A DNA stretch of 13,321 nt, taken from positions 10,968-24,288 of the forward strand of contig CAXTKV010000061.1 of assembly GCA_964244895.1 (NCBI GenBank). Direction: 5' to 3'. The translations under genes were made by a program, and so were the position numbers. How positions within the stretch are numbered: the first letter of the stretch is position 1; each line of letters starts with the position of its first letter. This document shows, in pieces, positions 1 to 6,996 of the stretch. The DNA is from an uncultured Deinococcales bacterium. Its GTDB lineage: Bacteria > Deinococcota > Deinococci > Deinococcales > JAAFIG01. The notes beneath the pieces are model-generated. The model had not been told where the DNA came from. It searched no databases and was given only the letters and a program-made list of their open reading frames with translations.

Positions 1-81
1 TCTTCGTGGTGGCAGGCCCGTTGTTGTGGACGCCTCGAGCGAGGCTGTGCGGGCCGCCTTAGGGGCCACCTTCAGTGTCAT
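1..81 (-). CDS. Possible 5' end of a gene running off the left edge (MTLKVAPKAARTASLEASTTTGLPPRR...)
   Basis: ATG at 81-79 on the minus strand, open for 27 codons to the window edge, downstream of the AT-rich operator-containing region. No clear RBS and no recognisable motif. Confidence 0.2.
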   Translation of the reverse strand, partial: MTLKVAPKAARTASLEASTTTGLPPRR

Positions 82-227
82 CCCGATGTGGATGTCGCGT
101 GCGCCTGCTCTGTGGGCTCGATTTTGCTGGCCGGTCTGTGTTCGATGGATAAAGGTGCTCGGATCGAACGTGCGGTTCTGGTTGGATCCTGGACTAAATG
201 AAATAAATGTTTCACGACCAGGAATAA

Positions 228-245
228 TTGTGAAGATATTCACTT
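228..245. promoter_or_regulatory. Rex-like (or CRP/FNR-like) operator TTGTGAAGATATTCACTT
   Basis: Matches 12 of the 14 defined positions of the Rex consensus TTGTGAA-N4-TTCACAA and also fits TGTGA-N6-TCACA with one mismatch. It lies in the only markedly AT-rich patch (about 195-250). Confidence 0.55.
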
Positions 246-275
246 ACTAGACGCCAGACCGTCTTTGTCTCAAAT

Positions 276-291
276 CACCGTCCAGCACGGT
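276..291 (+). repeat. Solo arm of the dispersed intergenic repeat (CACCGTCCAGCACGGT)
   Basis: 14/16 identical to the left arm at 5483-5498, followed by a T-tract as in other copies. Internally palindromic ACCGT-N5-ACGGT. Confidence 0.7.
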
Positions 292-304
292 AGTTTTTGC
301 AAAC

Positions 305-334
305 CGAGAACCCATCCAGCACGACGGGTTCTCG
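305..334 (-). repeat. Hairpin containing a second arm-like core (CCATCCAGCACG, 312-323)
   Basis: Perfect 9-bp stem CGAGAACCC/GGGTTCTCG, extendable to 12 bp with one G-U on the minus strand, loop GTGCTG. Core is 11/12 to CCGTCCAGCACG. Confidence 0.45.
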
Positions 335-426
335 AAACACCAACCTCAAATCCAGAACGATGTTTCTCGCGCATCGGCCTCGAGAATCGAGCAGGGGAGA
401 GGCGCATTGCCCCTTTGAATTCAATA

Positions 427-452
427 GGGCGGAGTCGTCATCGACCCCGCCC
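427..452 (-). terminator. Probable intrinsic terminator of the solute-binding protein gene
   Basis: Minus strand GGGCGGGGTCG-ATGA-CGACTCCGCCC (11-bp stem with one G-U) about 20 nt after the stop at 472, followed by TATTGAATT (weak U-tract). Confidence 0.6.
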
Positions 453-471
453 GAGAACTTCAAGAGAGGCG

Positions 472-1725
472 TTACTTCGTTTTGCCTGCCAGCAGATCCT
501 CGGCTTGCTTCTGCGCCCTGTCCAGCGCTGCCTTCGCGCCGATTGTCCCCGCTACGGCTTCCTTGACAGCGGTCTCGAGCACCTGAAAGCGGATCGCTTC
601 CCAGTCGGCCAGACGCGGTTCGTAGCTCGAGAAGCGCGCCTGCTTGAGCACCGCCGCGTACTCCGGGGTTTTCTCGACGTAGGCCTTGAACTCGGGTTGT
701 TCGGACGCCAGGTCGCTCGATGGCACGTAACCCGTCTGTGTGGCAAAGATCGCACTGTTGCGGGCCTGCATGGCGAAATTCATGAACTTCGCAGCCAGCG
801 CCTGCTGCGCCTGGGGTGCGTCCTTGAAGACCACCAGGTTGGTGCCTTGAATCAACGCGATGCCTGGTACGCCGACCTTCGCGCCGGGCAGTGTGGTCAC
901 ACCCAGGTTGAATTTCGCGGCGGATTTGTAGAACGGCAAGCCCGCTGAGGTGTCCATTGAAAAGCCGAAAGTCTCGTTCAGTTGGGCGTTGATGAAACCC
1001 TGCGTGATCGGTTTGGCCGCGCCATCCTTGACCAGATCTATCAACCATTGAAGCGCCTTGACAGCGGTCGGTGAGTTCAGGGTCAACTTCCCGCCGACCT
1101 CGTAGTCCCCGCCGAGGCTCAAAAAGATCGGTGCAAACGCGCTGGCGGTCGGCTGGAACCAGAACGCGGGAGCGCCCTGTTTTTTCGAGATATCCCGCGC
1201 CACCGATGCGAATTGGTCGAGCGTGGTCGGCGTTTTGGCGTTGTACTTTTTCAAGAGATCCTTGTTGAAATACATCAGTTGCACCGACTTGTTGAACGGC
1301 AGGCCGTACAGCACGCCGTTAAAGGTTCCAGCCTGGACAAAAATCTTCTGCAAATACTGCGTGCGAACGCCGATGGAAGAGAGGTTCTGCAACTTGCCCG
1401 CCTCGAGGTACAGGGCGATGTTGTTCTCGAAGGCCTGCGCCAAGACTGGAACTTTACCCGCTGCGAATCCGGCCTTGAGCTTGGTCGAGAGATCCGTGTA
1501 GTTGCCCTGCGCCACGGGCAGCACGCACGCGCCCTGGACGGTCTTGTTGAATTCTGCCGCCAGCGCGTTCAGCACGTTCTGCTGCGAGGCCGCCGTGAAA
1601 CCGTGCCAGAACTCCGCGATCGTGCCCGCGTTTGCGCACTGGGTTTTGACCAGATCCGCCGCCGTCGGCTGCGCCGATGCGGTCGCCAGAACCGCGAGTG
1701 CGGTACCAATCAAGGCTCTTTTCAT
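472..1725 (-). CDS. ABC transporter periplasmic solute-binding protein, CUT1/UgpB-like (SBP_bac_1/8), 417 aa
   Basis: AGGAGG RBS (1733-1738), Sec signal peptide ending ASA-Q with no lipobox, motifs FWHGF, LYGLPFNKSVQLMYFNKDLL, PTTLDQF, QGTNLVVFK, TGYVP, AALDRAQ. Confidence 0.93.
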   Translation of the reverse strand: MKRALIGTALAVLATASAQPTAADLVKTQCANAGTIAEFWHGFTAASQQNVLNALAAEFNKTVQGACVLPVAQGNYTDLSTKLKAGFAAGKVPVLAQAFENNIALYLEAGKLQNLSSIGVRTQYLQKIFVQAGTFNGVLYGLPFNKSVQLMYFNKDLLKKYNAKTPTTLDQFASVARDISKKQGAPAFWFQPTASAFAPIFLSLGGDYEVGGKLTLNSPTAVKALQWLIDLVKDGAAKPITQGFINAQLNETFGFSMDTSAGLPFYKSAAKFNLGVTTLPGAKVGVPGIALIQGTNLVVFKDAPQAQQALAAKFMNFAMQARNSAIFATQTGYVPSSDLASEQPEFKAYVEKTPEYAAVLKQARFSSYEPRLADWEAIRFQVLETAVKEAVAGTIGAKAALDRAQKQAEDLLAGKTK

Positions 1726-1981
1726 ACTCGTTCCTCCTGGAGTGCGATAGATCGTCCGTCTGATTGATCCGGGTGTGTCCGTCGGGATTCCCAGCTGGGC
1801 TCAGGCTACCAGAAGCCGAAAATTCAACCGTCATGCCGAGGTCAGAGAACGCTGTCGAACACGGACTCGAGTTGCATCGAGGACGGGACAGCACTTAGTC
1901 TGGGTTTTACTCAACCGTGCAAGAACCGGAGGGGACTCGTCGAGGGGACTTTTGGGCGAGGATCGAACCAGGGGAGGTTCC

Positions 1982-4477
1982 ATGGCATTCGAATGGTGGT
2001 GCGGGTTGCTGCTCGGTTTGTTGTTCGGCTGGTTATCGCACGCACTCTTAGACTGGTTTCTGGGTTTGCGCGGCGCGCACAACAGGGCGCAGTTGGCCGT
2101 GTCAGACCTCGAATTTGATCGGGATAAGATTCGCGCCGAATACGACGGTATGGAGCGCCAGGTCAAGGAAGCGCACGGGCTGCGCGAAAAGCTCGAACGA
2201 GACGGTCTAGAGATGCGCTCGCGGCTTCAGGAATTCGATGCCAACGCCTCGGAACTCGCCAGCCTGAGGTTGACCCTCAAGGATTTCGACGCGCTGACGG
2301 CTCGCGTTCCGGTGATCCAGGCCGATCTCTCGCATTTCAAATTGAGGGCTGAAGAACTCGAGGGCCAACTCGGGACGCGCGATCGGGAACTCGAGGATCT
2401 GAAGGCGCGCACCGCGGAGATTGAGCCGCTCAGGACGCGCACCGCTGCTCTCGACGAGGAACTGCGCCGGGCGCGCGAGGATGCTGAGGCTGAACGACTC
2501 AGGCTCGAGCAGCTTCAGACGCACCACGCGGCGGAACTCGATGCCGGACGCGGGGCGCTCGCCGAGGCTCAAAACGCCCAGGGGCGGTTGCCGGAACTCG
2601 AGATGCTGGTCGCCTCGATGCAGGCCAAGCTGGGCGAATCCTCGGGATTGGCGGCGGAACTCCGCGCCCGAGAGACGGAACTCGAGGTGCGAGACTCGGA
2701 GCTGAAGGCGCTGCGAACCCGCGTCGCCGACCTGGAATTGGGTCGGGCCAAGCCTGGGAATTTCGAGCCGCAACTGATTGAACTGCACGCCCGGCTCGAG
2801 CGCGTCGAGGCCGACCGCGCCCGCATCCAGAGCGAGCTTTCCGCGCGCGAGAACGACCTTTTCGATCTGGCTGGTCAGCTCAACCTGGCGCAGGGTTTTC
2901 AGGCGCGCGCCCTGAAACTCCAAGAAGAGCTGGGCGCCCGCGACCGACAGCTCAGGGCTTTCGAGGCCGCGCCGAAAGACGACACCGCCGCGCGGCGCGT
3001 CTCGGAGCTCGAGGGGGAACTTTCAAAGGCCCGAGCCGGGCTGGTGGGCGCGCAGGCGAGTGCGGCGCGACTGGCCTTGCTGGAGTCCCAGCACGCGAAC
3101 CTGAGCGCCAGGCTCGCAGAACTCTCGTCCGTTCAGGAGCACGCCGTACAACTCGAGCACGAGATTCGCAGCCTGAAGGCGAGCGCACTCGATCACGAAT
3201 CGGAACGCACCGCGCGAGAACAGGAGCGCGCCGGCCACGGCCTGCGCCTTCAGGGGCTCGAGGCTCAACTCTCAAACTCGAGCGCCGAGATCGCGCGTCT
3301 GAAAACCGAACTCGAGGAGGCGCGCCGCACGCCCGACGACCTAACCAGGGTGGACGGTATCGGCGCGGTCTTCGCTAAACGCTTGAACGCGGCGGGCATC
3401 GTGCGTTTCGGGCAACTGGCTCAGCTGCCTTCGGAGCGCTTGCGCGAGATCATCAAGCCCGAAGATTGGCAAAAAATCGAGTTTGAACACTGGACCGATG
3501 ACGCCGCCTTGCTGGCGCGCGGCGAGACGCCGCTCAAACGCGCCCGCGCGCTCGAGCGGCTGGTGCGAATCACCGGAATCGGGGAGGTCTACGAAAAACG
3601 CCTGCACGACGCTGGAATCACCACCCACGCGGAACTGGCCGCCACCGGAGTCGAGCGCCTGATGGAGATCGCGGGAGCGGAGAACCGCACCGAGGTCGAA
3701 CTCTGGATCACCGAGGCCGGAGCCTACGCGCAGGGCAAACGCCCGAACCGCGAGCGCGAGAAGGTCGTGCGCGGCAGGCTCTCGGATGCCGAAGGCGAAC
3801 TCGATCGCTTGAGGGGCGAGTTGCGACGCGCGGAATCTCAGCGCCGCGACCGCTTCGAGGTCATGACCCAAATTGGTGACGCCAAACAGCGCCGCCTGTA
3901 CGGCGCGGGCATCTACCTCTTCGAGGATCTGGCGCGCACGCCCGAAGGCCGGTTGCGCGAGATCTTCGAGGCCGCCGACCTGGATTACGGCCTGATCAGC
4001 CGCGAGGCCGCCGAGTACGCTCGCGGCGAGATCATCGTCGTCAAGGGTCGCCGCGCCGATCGGTTTGAGCGTCTGACGGGTGTTTCCGAAAGCGATGCCA
4101 GGGCGCTCTACGCCGCGAACATCTACAGTTTCGAGGAACTCGCGCAACGCTCGAGCGAACAACTCGAAGAAATCATCGGCAGGGACGGCATGGGCGGCTG
4201 CGTCACCGAAGCCGGGTTGTTCGCTACGGGTCAGGCTCAGATCGAGTTTATCGATGCGGGCAAGCGCCACCGCGATCAACTCTGGCGGATCGACGGCATC
4301 GGTGAGGTCTTCGAGGGCCGCCTGAACCGCGCCGAGATCTTCAGCTTCGCCGAACTGGCCGCCGCGAGCCCCGAGCGCTTGCGCGAGATCATCAATCCGC
4401 AACCCTGGGAACGCATCGAACCCGTCGCCTGGATCGCGCAGGCTCGCGCACTGGGCGCAGAGGAGAGGGAATCATGA
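1982..4477 (+). CDS. Membrane-anchored long coiled-coil protein with five C-terminal HhH-like (COG3743/DUF4332-type) repeats, 831 aa
   Basis: GGAGG RBS just before ATG 1982 (preferred to the ORF-track start at 1775). N-terminal hydrophobic helix WWCGLLLGLLFGWLSHALLDWFLGL, about 420 aa of E/L/R/A-rich heptads, then repeats of type DDLTRVDGIGAVFAKRLNAAGIVRFGQLA at 3335, 3554, 3848, 4058 and 4274. Confidence 0.85.
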   Translation: MAFEWWCGLLLGLLFGWLSHALLDWFLGLRGAHNRAQLAVSDLEFDRDKIRAEYDGMERQVKEAHGLREKLERDGLEMRSRLQEFDANASELASLRLTLKDFDALTARVPVIQADLSHFKLRAEELEGQLGTRDRELEDLKARTAEIEPLRTRTAALDEELRRAREDAEAERLRLEQLQTHHAAELDAGRGALAEAQNAQGRLPELEMLVASMQAKLGESSGLAAELRARETELEVRDSELKALRTRVADLELGRAKPGNFEPQLIELHARLERVEADRARIQSELSARENDLFDLAGQLNLAQGFQARALKLQEELGARDRQLRAFEAAPKDDTAARRVSELEGELSKARAGLVGAQASAARLALLESQHANLSARLAELSSVQEHAVQLEHEIRSLKASALDHESERTAREQERAGHGLRLQGLEAQLSNSSAEIARLKTELEEARRTPDDLTRVDGIGAVFAKRLNAAGIVRFGQLAQLPSERLREIIKPEDWQKIEFEHWTDDAALLARGETPLKRARALERLVRITGIGEVYEKRLHDAGITTHAELAATGVERLMEIAGAENRTEVELWITEAGAYAQGKRPNREREKVVRGRLSDAEGELDRLRGELRRAESQRRDRFEVMTQIGDAKQRRLYGAGIYLFEDLARTPEGRLREIFEAADLDYGLISREAAEYARGEIIVVKGRRADRFERLTGVSESDARALYAANIYSFEELAQRSSEQLEEIIGRDGMGGCVTEAGLFATGQAQIEFIDAGKRHRDQLWRIDGIGEVFEGRLNRAEIFSFAELAAASPERLREIINPQPWERIEPVAWIAQARALGAEERES

Positions 4478-5433
4478 CGCAGACCCGCAACGACCCGTGG
4501 ACCGCCTGGAACCTCTGGACGGCGCTGATCGCGCTCGCGTTTTTCCTGCTGTGGCTGATCGTCTGCCCGCTGCGCCTCTTCGGCGGGATGGCCGCCATGA
4601 CCGCGCCCAGCATCGATCCGCTCGCCTCGAGCGAGATCACCGCTTCGCCGCTCAAACTGAGCGGCACGGCTGCGCCCAACTCGAGCCTGCAACTCCGGCT
4701 CGGGGATAAAACCTTCGGCCCGGTCGCCGTCGGTGCGGACGGCACCTGGAACGCCAGCGCCGACCTGAAGGGGCTGGCGGGTGACCTCAGGCTGGTCGCG
4801 GATTCGCTGGCCGCAGACGGCTCGGTCGCGGCCAGTTCGGCCCCGGTGGCGCTCAAACTCAACCTCGCGAGCCCCTCTGGTGCGAGCTTCACCGCGCCCG
4901 CCGCCGACGAACCCCTGGATGCGCAGTCTTACATCCTCGAGGGCATCGGAACGCCCGGCCAGAAGCTCGAGATCTGGCAGAGCGCACCCGGTAAACCCAT
5001 CGCGCAGTACGCGACCGCGACCGTCGGGGCGGACGGTCAATGGAGTTCCGTCGTCGACGGCGCAAAACCCGGCACGAAGCCCGGCATCTACACCTACGAA
5101 CTGCGCCAGCCCGGCAAACCCGACGCGCTCGCCAGCCGCACGCTGACCGTCAAGGCGGGTTTGACCGGCGCCAGCAACGCCAAATGTCCATGCAAACTGC
5201 GAATCTTCACCAACACCAAGCAGAACATTCCGACCTCGAGCATCACGCTCTTCAAGGACGGTCAGAAACTCGATTCCGGCACGTCGGACAAGCTCTTTGG
5301 CGATCTCGGGCAGGGCAGCTACACCTACTCGGTTTCCGCGCCGAACTTCAAGACCTACACCTCGCCCGCAGGTAAGGTCAGCTTGCCGCGCAACAAGAGC
5401 TTCGAGGTCTACCTCGAGCCGATCAAGCGCTGA
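4474..5433 (+). CDS. Membrane-anchored extracytoplasmic protein with two bacterial Ig-like (Big) repeats and a C-terminal beta-sandwich (PEGA/carboxypeptidase-regulatory-like), 319 aa
   Basis: ATGA overlap with the upstream stop and a GAGGAG RBS. TM segment WTALIALAFFLLWLIVCPL. Repeats LSGTAAPNSSLQL...VAVGADGTWNA and LEGIGTPGQKLEI...ATVGADGQWSS, a CPC motif, and C-terminal FGDLGQGSYTYSVSAPNFKTY. Confidence 0.8.
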   Translation: MTQTRNDPWTAWNLWTALIALAFFLLWLIVCPLRLFGGMAAMTAPSIDPLASSEITASPLKLSGTAAPNSSLQLRLGDKTFGPVAVGADGTWNASADLKGLAGDLRLVADSLAADGSVAASSAPVALKLNLASPSGASFTAPAADEPLDAQSYILEGIGTPGQKLEIWQSAPGKPIAQYATATVGADGQWSSVVDGAKPGTKPGIYTYELRQPGKPDALASRTLTVKAGLTGASNAKCPCKLRIFTNTKQNIPTSSITLFKDGQKLDSGTSDKLFGDLGQGSYTYSVSAPNFKTYTSPAGKVSLPRNKSFEVYLEPIKR

Positions 5434-5482
5434 ACGCGGCGCAACTCGCTTCAGTCAACGCCTCGAGCCGACACAGAAACGG

Positions 5483-5524
5483 CACCGTCCAGCACGCATT
5501 TCACAGTTTGCGTGCTGGACGGTG
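5483..5524. repeat. Perfect 42-bp inverted-repeat element; candidate bidirectional terminator between convergent genes
   Basis: CACCGTCCAGCACGCA-tttcacagtt-TGCGTGCTGGACGGTG, perfect 16-bp arms with a 10-nt loop, between the stops at 5433 (+) and 5647 (-). Confidence 0.85.
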
Positions 5525-5646
5525 TTTGCTCGATGCTGCCCGCACGGCTCGGGTCGCAGACGCGAGCTTTCGGCCTCGAGACACCGTTTTTGCGCGAGCG
5601 CGCCGTTTTCCCCACAAAAGATCCTGCGATTCACGGGCCGGTATTC

Positions 5647-6951
5647 CTACTTCAATCCGCTGCGCGCCACGCCCGCGATGAACTGCTTTTGCGCCAGCAA
5701 GAACCCGGCGATGATCGGCAGGATCACCATGATCGAGGCGGCCATCAACTGACCGTAGTTCGATCCGGCCTCGCCGATGAACGCCTGCAGCCCGACCTGG
5801 AGGGTGCGCATGTCCTCTTTGCTGGTGACGATCAGCGGCCAGATCAGCGCGTTCCACGAGCCCAAAAACGAAAATATGGCGTAGGTTACCAGGCCCGGTC
5901 GGGCCAGCGGCAGCGCGACGCGCCAGAGCATCGTGCCGTAGCTCGCGCCATCCAGCCGGGCGGCCTCGAAGAGTTCGGCGGGCAGGGACAGGAAAAACTG
6001 GCGCAGCAAGAAAATCCCGAAGACGCTCGCCACCCACGGCACGATCAAGCCGGCGTAGGTGTCCGTCCAGCCCAACCTGGAGACGGTCACGAAGTTCGGC
6101 ACCAACAGCATCTCGCCGGGAATCACCAGGCTCGAGAGGATCAGCGTGAACGCCAGGTCTCGCCCCGCGAATTCGATCCGGGCGAAAGCAAAAGCGGCCA
6201 GGCAGACGATGACGGTTCCGAAAACCACGTTCGAGGCGGCTGCGATCAGCGAATTCAGCAGGTATCGCCCGAACGGAGCCGTCCGCAGCGCGTCGCCGTA
6301 ATTCTCAAAAATGTACCCCAGCCCGCCCGGACTGAGGTTCTGCCATTCCAGCACCGCGCCCGCGTCGTCGCGCCCGGTTCGGTCGGGCGGCAGCACGGTG
6401 CGCGCTTGGGTATACCCGTCCGGCAGGTTGATCTTCAACGGCAGTTTGCTCAGGGCTTCACGGCTCGCGTTCTCGAGCGTCACGTCCCAGACGGTTTCAT
6501 CGCCCTCGCGCCTCGGATTCGAGACGCTCACGCGCGGGCCGTCGCTGCCGCTCGCGGCCCGAGAGAACAGCGATGCCCCGGCGGACGCGTCCGGTACGCT
6601 CGCCCGGAGGTTCCCAGCGCCGATACCCTTCGCGCGCAGCTCGAGCGTTAGCGTCTTCCCCGGCGCGAGGCCACCCCAGATGGCATCCCCAGCCTGATTC
6701 CCGAGCGCCATCGCCGCGATCCAGTTCGCGGGGCGCAAGCGGTTCGGCCACCAGACCGGGCGCGGCTGCAAGGATTCCTGACTGGACTGAAAAGACGTGA
6801 TCAGCATCCACACGAACGGGAAGGCCATCACCACCGCCCCGAACCCGAGCGCCGCGTACAGCGCTCCCCGCGCCAGCGCGTACTGCGCGGTGAATGCCTT
6901 GTGTCGCGGTGCATTGAGCCGCACTGATCCTCGACTCACGAGAAACACCAT
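5647..6951 (-). CDS. Carbohydrate ABC transporter permease, MalG/UgpE-like, with a large periplasmic insertion
   Basis: FPFVWMLITSF, YLLNSL, AAFAFARIEFAGRD, EAA loop LPAELFEAARLDGASYGTMLWRVALPLARP, FLGSWNALIWPL, QKQFIAG. Start uncertain (ATG 6951 or in-frame GTGs slightly downstream). Confidence 0.92.
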   Translation of the reverse strand: MVFLVSRGSVRLNAPRHKAFTAQYALARGALYAALGFGAVVMAFPFVWMLITSFQSSQESLQPRPVWWPNRLRPANWIAAMALGNQAGDAIWGGLAPGKTLTLELRAKGIGAGNLRASVPDASAGASLFSRAASGSDGPRVSVSNPRREGDETVWDVTLENASREALSKLPLKINLPDGYTQARTVLPPDRTGRDDAGAVLEWQNLSPGGLGYIFENYGDALRTAPFGRYLLNSLIAAASNVVFGTVIVCLAAFAFARIEFAGRDLAFTLILSSLVIPGEMLLVPNFVTVSRLGWTDTYAGLIVPWVASVFGIFLLRQFFLSLPAELFEAARLDGASYGTMLWRVALPLARPGLVTYAIFSFLGSWNALIWPLIVTSKEDMRTLQVGLQAFIGEAGSNYGQLMAASIMVILPIIAGFLLAQKQFIAGVARSGLK

Positions 6952-6987
6952 CCAGTACGCGTTTTTAAGGATGCGTCCGGGACGGTC
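6946..6987. repeat. Degenerate copy of the 42-bp inverted-repeat element between the two permease genes
   Basis: CACCATCCAGTACGCG-tttttaagga-TGCGTCCGGGACGGTC; each arm 13/16 to the 5483 copy, same 10-nt T-rich loop length. Confidence 0.7.
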
Positions 6988-6996
6988 TTTCCCGGA

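Noticed and set aside
208..223. parS site (TGTTTCACG...) given the nearby smc
   Set aside because: Only the left half matches; 11/16 to TGTTTCACGTGAAACA and not palindromic.
26..250. 74-aa plus-strand ORF
   Set aside because: No RBS or motif, atypical composition, and it runs through the AT-rich operator region.
1775..1981. 69-aa N-terminal extension of the 900-aa ORF
   Set aside because: Not protein-like, would fill the divergent promoter region, and a strong RBS precedes ATG 1982 directly before the TM helix.
1982..3334. Second SMC/Rad50-like ATPase or a FEN-1-like nuclease
   Set aside because: The coiled coil has no Walker A/B or signature motif, and only the HhH-like part of the COG3743 label is present, with no nuclease catalytic domain visible.
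1726..5646. The plus-strand cassette as a mobile element
   Set aside because: No transposase or integrase, no terminal repeats or target duplication seen, and it shares the host CTCGAG signature.
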